A stretch of 61,871 bases of DNA, filler included, from Hausera hauseri (Eukaryota): the NCBI GenBank assembly GCA_046269625.1. It is 11 parts of 11 records of this genome, joined end to end, with 100 filler letters (N's around TTAATTAATTAA, not from the genome) between each part and the next. Parts side by side here need not be neighbours in the genome. Positions count along the whole stretch, not along the records: positions 9,476 to 13,610 come from JBJURY010740099.1; positions 13,711 to 21,817 come from JBJURY010768762.1; positions 21,918 to 29,203 come from JBJURY010024786.1; 8 more parts are not named here. One strand, written 5' to 3'. Numbering within the stretch: the first letter of the stretch is position 1; each line of letters begins with the position of its first letter. The notes beneath the pieces are model-generated. The model searched no databases. It was given only the letters and a program-made list of their open reading frames with translations, and was not told where the DNA came from. Below are positions 13,177-26,289 of this stretch, in pieces. A program made the position numbers and the translations under genes.

Positions 13177-13710
13177 TCGTTGAAGTGATTTTGGAAATAA
13201 TGAAAAATATTGCCACATCACCATGCACTGCCTCGCTTATTGATCGGTTTTAATGCATCAATTAAATTAAATGTATAGTGGCGCCAAATTTAAGGTTTTC
13301 GCCCATGGGAAATCGAAGGGAGTGATTAGATTCTTCGAATAATGCATGATTGACCGACTTTTCGAGTTCGAATAGCTAAGTATTCGACTTAGAAGCTCAA
13401 ATTCGAATATCTAACATCATATGCCGATTCAATATGCATGACTTCCTATCCCGACCTGCTTATAGATTTATCGATTTCCGATTCAATGGGCTTTAAATTC
13501 ACATTTTGCTTAATTCGAAATATTGATTTTGTATCTATATAGTATATTTTCATGGAATAACTTTTATGTATAAGGGGGTTTTCATATATGGGGAATCGAT
13601 TGCCTTTGTTNNNNNNNNNNNNNNNNNNNNNNNNNNNNNNNNNNNNNNNNNNNNTTAATTAATTAANNNNNNNNNNNNNNNNNNNNNNNNNNNNNNNNNN
13701 NNNNNNNNNN

Positions 13711-14000
13711 GAAGTTTGAACTTTAAGAACATTTTCATTACTTTTTTCGAGCTAATGTTCTTTTCATATTCAATTTATAGTGTTTCCTTGATGTTCTGAT
13801 GAAATACAAAATATCCATCGAATATATTCTGTGGTCAGTCATGTGCATAACCAAAATTTATACACGATGGAATATGCTATTGTGAATTAAACCACTATAT
13901 TTTAGATTGACAGAACATCAAGGAAACGTTACAAATCGAATATTAAAAAATATTAGCTCGAGATTAAGAACGAAAGTGTTATCGAAGTTCAAAATTTCTA
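13711..14000. mobile_element. Foldback/MITE-like inverted repeat element
   Basis: TTTCCTTGATGTTCTG (~13783) is the reverse complement of CAGAACATCAAGGAAA (~13911); imperfect arms extend ~90 bp. Confidence 0.6.
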
Positions 14001-14148
14001 AAAATTGTAGGGGATATTTGAACAAGTGCGAAATGCTGTTACATTTTGACTTGTATGATTATTATATTATATATTTATATTATATATATATATTTATTAT
14101 TACTACAATTTCTCATGTCCGTAACAGATTTTTTTTCTTTGTCAATAG

Positions 14149-14343
14149 ATCGAGAAAAATGCAACACCGAACTCCAGCGCCAAAGCGAATTATGGGAGAA
14201 GGCTGATGGTTGCATTATTCTTATTGGCGAACTGTTTTTGCATTCTAAACAATCCCGTATCCATGCTGATACATTAATACCGGCAATGATAAAGGCATGT
14301 ACTTATCGACATTACCCTCACCATGTGTGCCTACTTACAACAG
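14149..14343 (+). CDS. Internal exon of a host uncharacterized helical (HEAT/ARM-like) protein
   Basis: Polypyrimidine+AG acceptor and G|GT donor; open frame (D)REKC..ELWEKADGCIILIGEL..YRHYPHHVCLLTT; splice phase matches the 15562 exon. Confidence 0.65.
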
Positions 14344-14582
14344 GTACAATTTATGTTTAATGGTCTTCATATCGATTTTTTCGTATTATCGGCACTTGTG
14401 ACATAAGTAATTCCCCGAAATTTGTTACATTGTAAAATGTTGACAGATACAAATTTATAGTTTAGTCCAAAATACTTACAAAGAACAACACCTTAGTGCT
14501 AGTCAGACGTTTACAGATTCTACAAATGCAAAATTTTACGCTCATTAATAATATGAAAAATATTTTTTGCAATAAAATTTAC

Positions 14583-15066
14583 AAGAGAAGTATTCGAATA
14601 TTGGCCAATGGGGTTTTTATGAAAATATTCAGGTGTGTAGACAATGCAACTGACATTCTGTTAATTCACTTTCAAAAGCATGCTGCCTGTTTAAATTAAG
14701 GGAAAGACGAAGAGGAAAGTGTTGACGGAATCAGTGGTTTTCAAGTACTATATGAAAAGTATTTTACAAACACACACATTGAATATTTCATGGATATAAA
14801 AATTTATACATGGAAGAGAGGAATCGTCACTATCGAACTAGAATTTTAGAACATGGACAAAAGAGTAAATATGGACAATTGTGTGCATATATAATAAAAT
14901 CTATATGGAATTTATATTAGTCAAAATATTTAATGTTTATGATTGGCTAGGATTGAATATCCGTTACAAATTTGCAATTTCAATTTGCAGTCATTTTTGA
15001 TTTGTGATAAATAATCAACATGATTTTATAAAAATACATTGGCCACTATTCGAATACTTCCCTAGT
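14583..15066. mobile_element. MITE with terminal inverted repeats, inside the host intron
   Basis: GAAGTATTCGAATATTGGCCAATG (~14587) versus CATTGGCCACTATTCGAATACTTC (~15037-15060). Confidence 0.7.
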
Positions 15067-15561
15067 ATTGTAAATGTTACGTCATTTCGCACTTCTTCAA
15101 TTTTCCTTCTAACATGAGTTGTTTCGTCACAACTTTCGTTTCTTGAAGAATTTTTTCATGCGAAAAGACTCTGAACATCCAATTGATCGTCTTGCCTTGG
15201 ATGGGAATTCGACGTGGTTTATTCGACTTTTGCTCATTTTTAACGTATTCTGACCATTTTTGATCCAAAATTTGATGAATATTCGTAGCACGAGTTTCTT
15301 ATCCATTTGGAAAAAGGCAGAAAATCGTAGACAGGCGAAAATTGATTTAAACAAAACATCGTAACTTTTAAATCATATGACGTTGGAAATTGGTCGGGAT
15401 GTCAAATAAGGTTGTACGAATAAATGTCGCTGCTTCATCATTGGTTCCTTTCACTTGGATCACGGTGGCATTCTAATTTATAAAATGGATGGGGGTGTTT
15501 ACTGATTTGAGCTTTGACGAAAAAAAACGTCGAATCGGATTTGTAATACGATAATTCTCAG

Positions 15562-15800
15562 CTTGCTCCACAATACCGAAATTATTCGAAGGACTCGGAA
15601 AACAAATTTTCAAGAAGTACCTTAACGATATTTTAGTTGTATTGGATGATGCTCTCAAAAGTGATTGTACATTAGCGTCGCGATCAGCTGAGGAATCTCT
15701 ACGATTTATCATTTCGAAAATCGGTGCAAATATTACAAAGGGTCGAATTGAAATGTACTCAACTGATCTGCTTGATCGCACTCAGCATTTATTTCGATGA
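15562..15800 (+). CDS. Terminal exon of the same host gene
   Basis: ttctcag| acceptor; phase-1 join gives LLTT-A-CSTIPKLFEGLGKQIFKKYLNDILVVLDDALKSDCTLASRSAEESLRFIISKIGANITKGRIEMYSTDLLDRTQHLFR*. Confidence 0.65.
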
Positions 15801-16380
15801 TTCATTTGATTTGTAATTTATTCGATACTGAGTTTTTTATTGAGTGAATATATCGTCCAATTCTTCATCTGTTATTTCGTTTATATTATTTCGTTTCATA
15901 TTCGCACTTACATTCCGGACATTGTGTTACGTTAGAACATTTATGGCATACTGCCAGGTAACCACACATTAAAAATTTTCTTTACATTCAACACAAAAAA
16001 ACTTAGTTTATTACTTTGCTTTTTATTTTTTTAAGTTCTTTAATTCAACGCGTATTTTTTCAACAGTATTAAATTTATTTGTATCGTGCAGTAGCTGAAT
16101 GTATAAAATTTTACAAATAAAATTTAACATAAAGTCAAATATAATGTAAAATCAAATTTTACTTAAAATTAAATTTAAGTTAAAAGTCAAATTTAACATA
16201 AATAAAATTCTTCATAATATCAAATTTAAGAAAAATTTTTAAAAAAATTTAACATAACATCAAGTTTAACATAAAAAATATTAAATTTTTTCAAGGGGTC
16301 AAATTTTGTTTCAGGGGATCAAATTCTTTTCAGAGGGTCCCTCGTTGTTGTAGAAGAGAGTGAGGTCGTTTTTCTTTCTT

Positions 16381-16587
16381 GGGGTGGGAATAGTGAAACC
16401 CCTTCTAGATCAGGGTAGAAATGCTGCGCTCTGATTGGTTATTTTGCTTACCCCTGCCACCCACCTGCCACATTCTGATGGGACAATTCCTTCCCGCCGC
16501 ACACCTACTGCTTTCTAATTGGTTATTTTCCTTCCCGGAATGGATGGGGTATGAGGTCTTGACGCCATGCGCTACTATCCACCTACT
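16381..16587 (-). repeat. Orphan Polinton-like terminus (5'-AGTAGGTGG on minus strand)
   Basis: Ends CCACCTACT; shares an exact 22-mer GGGGTGGGAATAGTGAAACCCC with 53038-53059 at a similar distance from the end. Confidence 0.5.
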
Positions 16588-18842
16588 CTTCACAAATAAT
16601 GGATAATGCATCCATGAAATTCTGTAACAGACTATTAAATATTTCATCATTCGTTAGGATGTCAATGAGTGATTTCAAAATTTCCAGAAATTTATTGGAT
16701 GCGATTTGTAAAATAAAATACGGGAATAACAATGTGAAAATTTGAACATGTCCAAAATTTGAATGATATGACCAAACTTTTGTTAATACACAAAATTATG
16801 ATGTAACATTTAGAAGCCCATATTGCATAATCTTCACTTTATTTGCATAAAATATTTTTCATATTATTACTAAAGTCGAATAATGACACAAATAATCAAA
16901 GAGCAGTCAAAGGAACTTGTGTAAAATCCAAATCAAATGACAATTTTAAATACATCAACATGGATTTATTTATCACCGACAAAAACAGTTACAAAATGCA
17001 GTCATAAATAATCATGAAACACAAAATAAACGCCGCATCATAAATAAAACATTCCAACTCCAAAATGACATAAATAATACTTGTTTGTAGGTGCAAAAGA
17101 AACAAAAACATTCATTTTGAATCAATTCGAACGTCGTTTAATCGATCTCACCATTTTAATGTAGACAGCCTTGGAATAATTCTGTGGTAAGTTTTACTTC
17201 TCGGCAAAAACGTCCATTTCTCTTATGTCGATATTTGGTAATAAACTGGATGCTGGTATATGCAACAATAAATAAAGGAGACTTTGATATAATAACCGTA
17301 CTTTGTTTGCTTTAATGAATATACGAAAATTTTGGGATTTGACATTGCTTATGTAGGGTTATAACAGTTCCGTCTGACTAAGGAAATGGTACAAACATCG
17401 GTTGAATCTTCACGTATAAAGTCGCGTAATAATTTTTTAAATTAACCAAACAATTGATAATGTGAATGCACCATGAAAACTTTTATAATAAATCTCATGG
17501 ATAATTCTATTTTATAATCATCAAGTCAGGTTGAGGTCGGGATGGTAGAGACGCGATCTACTAACAACCATTTTTCTTTAACAACATAAGGTGGCTTCAT
17601 AATTTCTAAATAATGTGTTTCAGTTTCATTGGTCGTTACTTCCGATGGGGTTTGGAAATGAGGGATGTCGACAAAAAGTGATAGATGTTAATATACTTTC
17701 AGTATCACCTGACAGTTGCAATTTCCACAGACATAGATGTTCATATTTGCTACCAAAATTATCTGCACCGTGTTGACATTGAAAGGATGTATTGAAAACT
17801 AACAAGAACTGATAACTGATGTAAAGATTTATTGAAAAAGAGTAAGAAAATTCCTTAACTAACCCAAACGTCTGATACGAAATTACAAAAATTTGAATGA
17901 AATACTGGCGCATCTTTTTGAAGAATGCTGTTAAGTCAAACAAAGTTTTGTTTCTGTCTGTTGATGACATTAAATTTGTGTATTCCTCTACATTAATTCA
18001 TGCTGGAGTCCAATAATTAGACCAATGTGTGCATTGTGATATCAAACTCTGAAAATAAAATTCAAATGTTCATCCCATGTGTTAAATTCGTTGCAAATTA
18101 ATAACATACATTTTTCAAATGAATAACATACCAGAAAATCGTTTTTTTCTGTTAATTTTCCGCATGTACTAGTTATTTCTTTACGATTTTTTCGGATATT
18201 TATGAAGAAAATTCGATTTGGAATTATGCACTGCGGATTTAAGAAAATCAAACGAATGTAAGTAAATTTTTTTGGTAAAATGTCAATATTCCAATTATGG
18301 TTTTTTGAGTTTCTTTTTTAGTTGAATTCCTTTGTAAATGTTGGCAAAGTAGAATTAACGAAGTTAAATAAAATGGAAAATTGACTTTTTATGTTGTTTT
18401 TGTTTCGCTGAATCTTTTGGGGTAAAATGACATGAGTAAAATGAGTAAATATTTCCATACAACAGCTTTTAATGTAATTATTTTTCTGAAATTCTTTGTT
18501 GAATAAATTTTTCTATCATGTGGATAACTTTGGTCAATTTTAATGATAAATTTTGAAATTTTAGGTATGTTGCTAATTTGAAATGTATGTTAATTATTTT
18601 ACAAAAATTCGTGTTTGTTTGCGGCATTTGTATGTGTGTGTCTGCATGCAAATTAGTTAGTATTGTCATGAATGTGTGTTTCTATAATATTTCTATAATA
18701 TAATAATTTTTCCTCAATTTTTTTTACTAAAAATTTCTTTTCAGATTGCCAATGCTAACATCAAGGTATGTTAATTATTTACAAAGGGTGTACTCAAAGT
18801 TAGTGTTTTTGCGTAACAATTTTCGATATATAGTTTTACTTT

Positions 18843-19440
18843 AGTAGGTTGAAGTATCCTCTCTACCGCACTTTTCCGATTGTTCCGAAAACCACTTTTC
18901 CCCACGTGATTGGCTATAACGATTATTTCACTAAAATTTTCTCACTACCCTTACCTGGCCAAAAAGGAGGTCGAGCAATGGACTTTGGACCAAGTGCTAT
19001 CGATAGTGCGTGACGAGGTGAGCAAATCCTAGTATAGGTTATTATAAGCGCTAGAAGAGGAAGAAGCAAAAGAGTAAATGCGCCATGCATAACGCGAAAA
19101 ATGATGATAGCACTCAGAAAATGTGTACATGGAGTAAATCGATGTTGGTGATTCCAATGGACACGGTTGCAAAGTTATCCGACCGTGAGAACATGGGGAA
19201 ATCCGATTGGAAAATTTTATATTGGAAAAATATCCCCTTGCGCACCTATAATAACTTTTGCTCACCTCGTCACGCGCTATCGATATCACTTGGTCCAAAG
19301 TCCATTGCTCGACCTGTTTTTCGGCCAGGTGGGGGCTGTGAGACAATTTTAGTGAAATGATCGTTACTGCCAATAAGGTAGGGAAAAGTGGTTTTCGGAC
19401 CAATCAGAGAAGGGCGGTAGAGAGGACACTTCGACGTACT
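18843..19440. mobile_element. Non-autonomous mini-Polinton/MITE with ~190-bp TIRs and 6-bp TSD
   Basis: Left AGTAGGTTGAAGTATCCTCTCTACCGC; right end reverse-complements to AGTACGTCGAAGTGTCCTCTCTACCGC; flanks TACTTT/CACTTT; internal GAGAACATGGGGAAA shared with ~34805. Confidence 0.8.
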
Positions 19441-22400
19441 CACTTTAATTTCTCAGTATTACATTTGTTACTTAGAATACTGTTGGAAGAAAAACATCAA
19501 CATTCACATTTCTAGTACCAAAAATTACCGTAGCACATTTATTAAAAATATTAAATTAAAATTCGTATAGTTAGTGTTAAAAATTAAAATGCATAATTCT
19601 AAAAAATCATTTTGGGATTTTATAACAAATGGAGAAATGTACGAAATATAATGTTGATAAATAACATGAAAAGATTTAATTTGTTGTCAGAAAATGATTC
19701 ATTGAAATTTGTGCAAGCCCCAGAAATTATTGTCTGGATAGTAATAATTAATGCTTTGTGTTACTTACTTTGGCTGGAATCCGACTCAATTCTCATACAA
19801 AATACCATTAATTAATACCATTATATATGTAATCGTATCCTACTCCATTTGACTTCGATTATATCTCGGAAAGGCATTGACTACTGTCGATCTGATTGAT
19901 AGATTTCAATTTATAGAAAATTTGTAGAGAAAATATTACTTGTAAGATGAAAATGGTAAATTTAATGGGAAACTAAAAATTATGAAAATTTTAAATTTTT
20001 ATTCTGATTAATAAAACAAATGACAAATAAAATTCATCCGATAGTCAGAAACATCCACAAACCAACAAAATTCAGTCAGTCATATCCAGACGGACATCAT
20101 CCCAATTAGACATTTGAAAAGAAGTAAAATATGAAAGTATTATAAGTTTCATAACGAAATAAAATATATTTTACAAATTAAAATATTTTTTAGCAAAATG
20201 AACAATTTTTTCCAATCGTCTTCGTAAAAAATATCGAAAATTTTTCGAATGTAATTGATCGTCAAGACGTGGAAAATTTTCATATTCCATCCTATAATAC
20301 TCTCGCAGCTCTTTTAGGAATTTCATACTCAAACGAAGCCATGAATTACATTTAGAAAACTGGTCCAACGATTTGCATCTGTCGACACTTGAATATGACT
20401 TACTCAGCCGAGAAATGTAGTGCCACAGATAAGTCTCAATGCGCAAATTGAAATATTCGCATGTGAGTGAGCTGATAATAACGAAAAAGTCAGTATGGCA
20501 TAATGAATATATTTTTGAATTTAAAAAGTCCACAAGATTTGTGATTTCTGATGTATGTTTATTGGAAGTTGAATCATCACCGGTATGAACTGCAAAAAGT
20601 ATTTCTGACGTTCGAATTAATTTACATTCCTTGTCGGACCAGGACGTTTATGAAATGAACTTTAAACAGGCTATTTTGAAATCCCTTGATGTTGCATTTG
20701 ATAAAAGAATTTTTACCAAAGAATATCCTTTACCGTTGACATTAATTTCACATAACAATGCATTAGATAAGGTTGGTTGTAAATGAGGATTACAAATTAC
20801 AATCAATATGATTTTGAAATTGTCTTAATTCGTACAATATGGGCATAACATTAAACACACAAAAGTTAATCGGTTGGCCATTATTGAAATTTGAAGAGGA
20901 ATTTCATATACGAACATTTATTATAAACTAATATGTACATCGTCTTTGGGGCAGCAAATCAAATTTAAATAACATGATATTAAACGTTCTAAAAATCGAC
21001 CAAATCAATTAAAAACGAAGGAATCTTATTATGTAATCTAACTTTCTAACTCTTACCGTCTATTTTTTCTTCCCGTGGTTCAACTTGTTGTTCAATATGT
21101 CTATTCATCTATAGCGAATAAATTGGTTCGGTAGTACTAACAATGGGCCGTCTTTAAATTTTATTAAGATTTCTGTTGACTATTAAGGAATACCAATGCT
21201 TACCAATTAAAGAGTCAACAGTCTGATCCTTAGGCAAGTTTACTCGTAAGAATTCTCAGCAGCAATATTGTGATCAAAATTTTGCTTTTTGAGTTTTTTG
21301 AGTGTTTCTTCCTAAGATTAATTTATATACTAGTTTCGTACTCGGTAATTTATTTATGCCCGTCAATTTTATTTATTCTAATGGTTTGATTTCTATATCG
21401 TTGTAGTTTTATTTATTTGCATCTGTCAATTTTATTTATTCGTAAAACCATGTTTCTTCGCCATCGCTTTTGATTTTTGCAATCGACTGGGAATAATTTA
21501 CTTATTCTATGTCAAAATGATTAATGGAACTTCATGTTCTTCTTGGGTAGTCAAATTTTAAAATTTCTTTCAATTGACATTTTGATTAACGAGGTTTCAT
21601 TGACTTGGGTAGGTACAGGATTACATTTTGGATAACCGTTTTCTTTAATTTAGTATATCTAATGTATGGGAATAATTTTATATTTTCTGGGTAACTATTT
21701 TTCTTTAAAATCTTCTATTATTAGTGTGAGGATATAATGGAGAACGGAAATTCTAAATTTAAATTAGAAACATTTTTAAATTTTAAAAAAATTTAATTTA
21801 AAAGTGTAATATTAAAANNNNNNNNNNNNNNNNNNNNNNNNNNNNNNNNNNNNNNNNNNNNTTAATTAATTAANNNNNNNNNNNNNNNNNNNNNNNNNNN
21901 NNNNNNNNNNNNNNNNNCGGTGAAATTCTTACACCAGCCATAAAGATGGATGGACGGAAGGGATCATAGACATCATACTGAACTAATTAAAATAAAGAAT
22001 GACCACCACCTTAGCTTCGAAGAGATCAAGTTTGTAAAAAAATTATTAGACGCGATAGACCCGGATTCAAAGAGTATTAACGAGATGTACGAATTAGCAC
22101 TATTGATAGCAGAAATGGCAGAAATTAGTGACGAGAAGCTAAGGCAACTGTTACAGCAGATACAGCAAGTCGAAGAAACTTGCATTAAGACGAAACAGAG
22201 AGCGATAAGATTAGACGAACTAGCTAGAGAACTCGAAGTGTATAAAAACAAATACGCCCTTACAGAAGCCGAAAAAGCTGACGAGTCACAATTTATTCAA
22301 GATGGCAAAGAGATGTCACGTCTGAACTAACGAAATATCAAGAAAAAGGATTAATTTCACCCGAGGAATTATGTTCATTGTTAACACTGATCCACCAAAC

Positions 22401-23775
22401 GTCCGCTAATGGACGATGTTTTCGAACGACGAAAATGGTCCAAATGCAACAGAAACTACAATAACTCAGAGAAATTACATGGCCCGCAGGTGTAGATAGG
22501 CCAGCAGATACACTGTCAAGGACTTACCAACTGCCGGATAATGAAAATAAACCCGATTGGGAAGCCTATTTAGATGCAATGATAACAGAGAATCCGAAAA
22601 CCCCAATACATTTAGACGAAATTGAGATATATTTTCCAGACCAAAGGTTTGATGTAGGGATGATTTTGGACTCAGCAGAAACCGAGAAAGATTTAACTCA
22701 GCTGATCAAGGTAAATCTCACTGAAATTCAATTAAGACGGTTAGTCCCCACTCTAACTAAATTAGCTAGCGAAGGTACGATCTTCAATACAGTACGTAAG
22801 CTTTTACTCAAAGAATATGCCAAAATCCTAACAAAAAAGTATAAGAGGCGATTCTAGTAAAAATAACATCAGACTGGATGGACGAAAAGGAACAAGAGTA
22901 AAGGATGTATTACTGTGGATAAAGAATAACGGATACGCCCATGAGCTGAGCTACAGACTTTATTTCGGAGGAAGAATACTAGATGAGACAGAATTATTGA
23001 TAGAGGTTGGAATTATCCCAGTAGAATTAAACCGATTAGTGGTAACTACCGCTATCGAGGAAACAAAGGAAAAGGCTATAAGAAAGGTTAGAGCGGAACA
23101 ACCAGTAGGACGAATAATATGATTCCGAGATGCAGCAGTATATTTCGAGTACCTGCAGAGAGATGAAGATAATGAGCAATACGATAAAAATTTAGTACCG
23201 ATCGACGGCAGTGTACCTGCTATAACAAAACAAAAGCGTCCTGTCGGCAGACCACGGAAAATGCGGGAGGAGATCGACTATAATGGAGACTTAATCAGAG
23301 AATTGAGGCACATGTTCATACCGACCTTTAATGCGGATAATAAGGAGCTGAACGAACATAAGAAAAATTTGCTACGAATAGTAAACCACTCTAACCTCGG
23401 TGGTAATATATTAGACGAGAAGAAGGCCATAGCGAACGCCGCAAAGGCCATGAAGAACCTTCGGTGTAAATGAACCAAAAGTACTTTAAGCGCTGAAACG
23501 ATAATCGAGAAATTTATGGTAGAAAATACCATAGAGGAACTGAGAAAAGTGTTGCTATATCTGGCCATCAAAACCAATCCTAATCGAGAAAATGAATTTA
23601 ACAAGGCTAGTAACTTGGCAAGGAAGGCCGCCAGGAAGCTACCCCGAGAAGTGAACTGGTCTACGTTATTCGAAAAAGAGGAAGAACATCAAAGTGGATT
23701 CTTCTTCGATAACAATAGATTCGGAGATCTGCTACGAAATGTAACTGGAAATTGCAGAGGAAATGAATCGAATTG

Positions 23776-25600
23776 GCTAATTAATTTTTTGACCATGATG
23801 ATGTCAATAAGGCAAATAGACGCAGTCACGGTATATGATTGTGACAAATTTAGACTTGGCCAAAAATATTTGTTAATGGACTTGAAAATGTGCTAAGATG
23901 CGAGGCCTCACAGATTAGAAACAAAAGAGAAAAATTATATATTATATCAACAACGTGAACTAGTTACGCTGGATGGAGTAGAATGTATGTTACGGCGATC
24001 TCGCAGTATCTTCCATTGTGGACTGGTACATGGACACTCGTCAGTAATCAAGCCAACAACACCACTAATTCCGATAAATTTAGAACGTCAGCATTGTAAG
24101 CAAGCTAGAGAAACGGGGGGAACAAAATGGGACGGTATGGAACTGGAAATGCAACGAGGGAAAATAATCAGAGTGTACAAAGTAGCTGCAGGAATTTTGG
24201 ACATGCACACCGGACATTGTTATGGTGCGGAATAGGATACCGGAAAGGGATTAGAGTCAAACGTCGTGGTAGTGGATTTTTACGAAACCGAAATGCGTAT
24301 TCAGAAAGTGATGCTTCATAGTATTACTAAATTTTACACCGAGAACCACAAGTGCCATATTCAGGATGGCACATGTCCGTTTCGAAGTTCCGTAGTAATT
24401 TGGGAACCCCCAGCCAAGACCGATTGAAACTTTATCAGAATTAAAGAACTTAAATTCAACGAAACTACAGGAAAACGATACATAAGTAGCACAGAAACTA
24501 ACTCTAAAACAAGAGAAGATGTAGCTGAACAGTCTACACTTACTATATTAATTTCTGATACTCATGGATTAAAATTTGTAATTAGAGCTATGCTCACCAG
24601 ATGCGACCTCATAATGTATGACACCAACTATGAAGCATTTTTCGTAGCCGAGACAGAAATAAACACCAGAACGTTCAAACTCTAGACTCAGGACATCCGG
24701 ATTGAAGATTATTTGAAGAACAGAGACGACTATTTCTACTATAAAGGACAAGCTGAAATAGCCGAGTTGTATCACAAGATGATAACAAATGACTGTAAAT
24801 TAGATCTGGAAATCATGAGAACTAAGCTGGCCCTGATATACGCAAACCCCGAGTTGGCATCACTAGAAATTCCAATGAAGGAAAGTGTTTTTGGACGAGT
24901 AACCGGAGAGGACTTATTGACCTATGAATGTGAAAAGAAAGACGTACCGATTAATGTGGAGGAGAAGAAGTGTATACAAGAACTCCCAGTGATATATCAG
25001 GACCTACCAAGATTAGTCACACCAATTACCACAGTGTTGTTGGCGAACGCCACTCAACCGACAATTTTGAGAGACTGCAAAACTAGCTTAGGAGAACCAA
25101 TGTTCCGACGTAGCAAAACCGACTGGGTAAGTCTACCGAACGGCGGCATTATCGTACCACTTACCAAGCTGACAGGAACGAACCTAATAAAAAGACTAAC
25201 CGATGACAAATTTCAGGATACAGCCGCAAAAAGTACTTACCGACCAAAGGAAGTGGAGGAGTTTAGACAATTTCTCGCTTTTCGCCGCCAACGTACACAC
25301 GAGTTTAATAGAGCGATGAATACAATACTAGAGGATTCACGTTACCAAGCGAAATAGGAGTCATTACTTGGTGTTAGCTATTATAAGAAGGTAACTACAG
25401 AAATATTATACAAAATTTGGGGAAGATTTCTGATATTCGGACAAGCCGAGTCAGGATTTCTAGAAATATACTTCTTAATTCAACTAGTAAAAGCTATAAT
25501 TCAAGCAATGATAAATGGATATGAGATATTTACTTTGACAGGATTCTCGTGTAAAATTTTAACAGCTATTATTACACCTTTCGCTAAATTCTTAAAGGCT
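23776..25600 (+). pseudogene. env: Chuvirus-like (class III) envelope glycoprotein
   Basis: Signal-like WLINFLTMMMSIRQIDA then VTVYDC..KYLLMDLKMC; C..HCG..GHSS; CKQA; GRVTGE..C..C.QELPV; C-terminal WGRFLIFGQAESGFLEIYFLIQLVKAII..NGY..GFSCKIL, matching the recalled chuvirus G pattern. Confidence 0.8.
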
Positions 25601-26289
25601 TATGAAGAAAGTAAATAGAAAACAAATATGGAGCAACATGTGGGCTACCATAATCGGAAACGCAAAAGACACATTCGATTATAGACAGAAATTCATAGCC
25701 AGTAAGACACTTAGAAATAATTCCGATGATGACGAGCCTAAAGGAGGAGACATCATCACCAGGCCGAGTAGGAACAAAAACTACTCTGTTATGAAACTAC
25801 CATTACCAATATTACCACCAACGGCACCTATATACGAAGATTTCCAGAAGCAATTTATGAGCTCGTGCCAGACAGACATCTATCGGAAGCCGTTTAGTTT
25901 AGAAGATCCTTACGAAGGAACAAAACGCTATGGGATATTGCACAAGATCCACGAAACAGAGAAGACCTCGGCTCCACGCCATCAATCAGCAATCGACTAC
26001 CACGGCATATTTTACTCACCTAGAATACCTAAGCCAAACGAAACGCAATCGATATTTACTCGAAGCTGTGAGACTCAAAATCTCCGAAACCAAGATGTTT
26101 AGTCGCCGGTTAGGAACCCAAGAGTAGAAAACACAAATGGTACGAATAACGAATTATACCCAATCGGAGAGTTAAAACAGTTAGCCGAGCAGCCAGTTGG
26201 AACCACTGAAGTTATCATCAACGGCTGCAGTGTCTACAATACGACAGCCCAAATTAACACCACGTTATTACGGTACAGTAATCGATGGT

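Noticed and set aside
15473-15781. 102-aa minus-strand ORF
   Set aside because: It is the antisense shadow of the plus-strand terminal exon 15562-15800.
19029-19403. ORFs inside the 598-bp element
   Set aside because: They overlap the TIRs, show no recognisable motifs and are likely chance frames.
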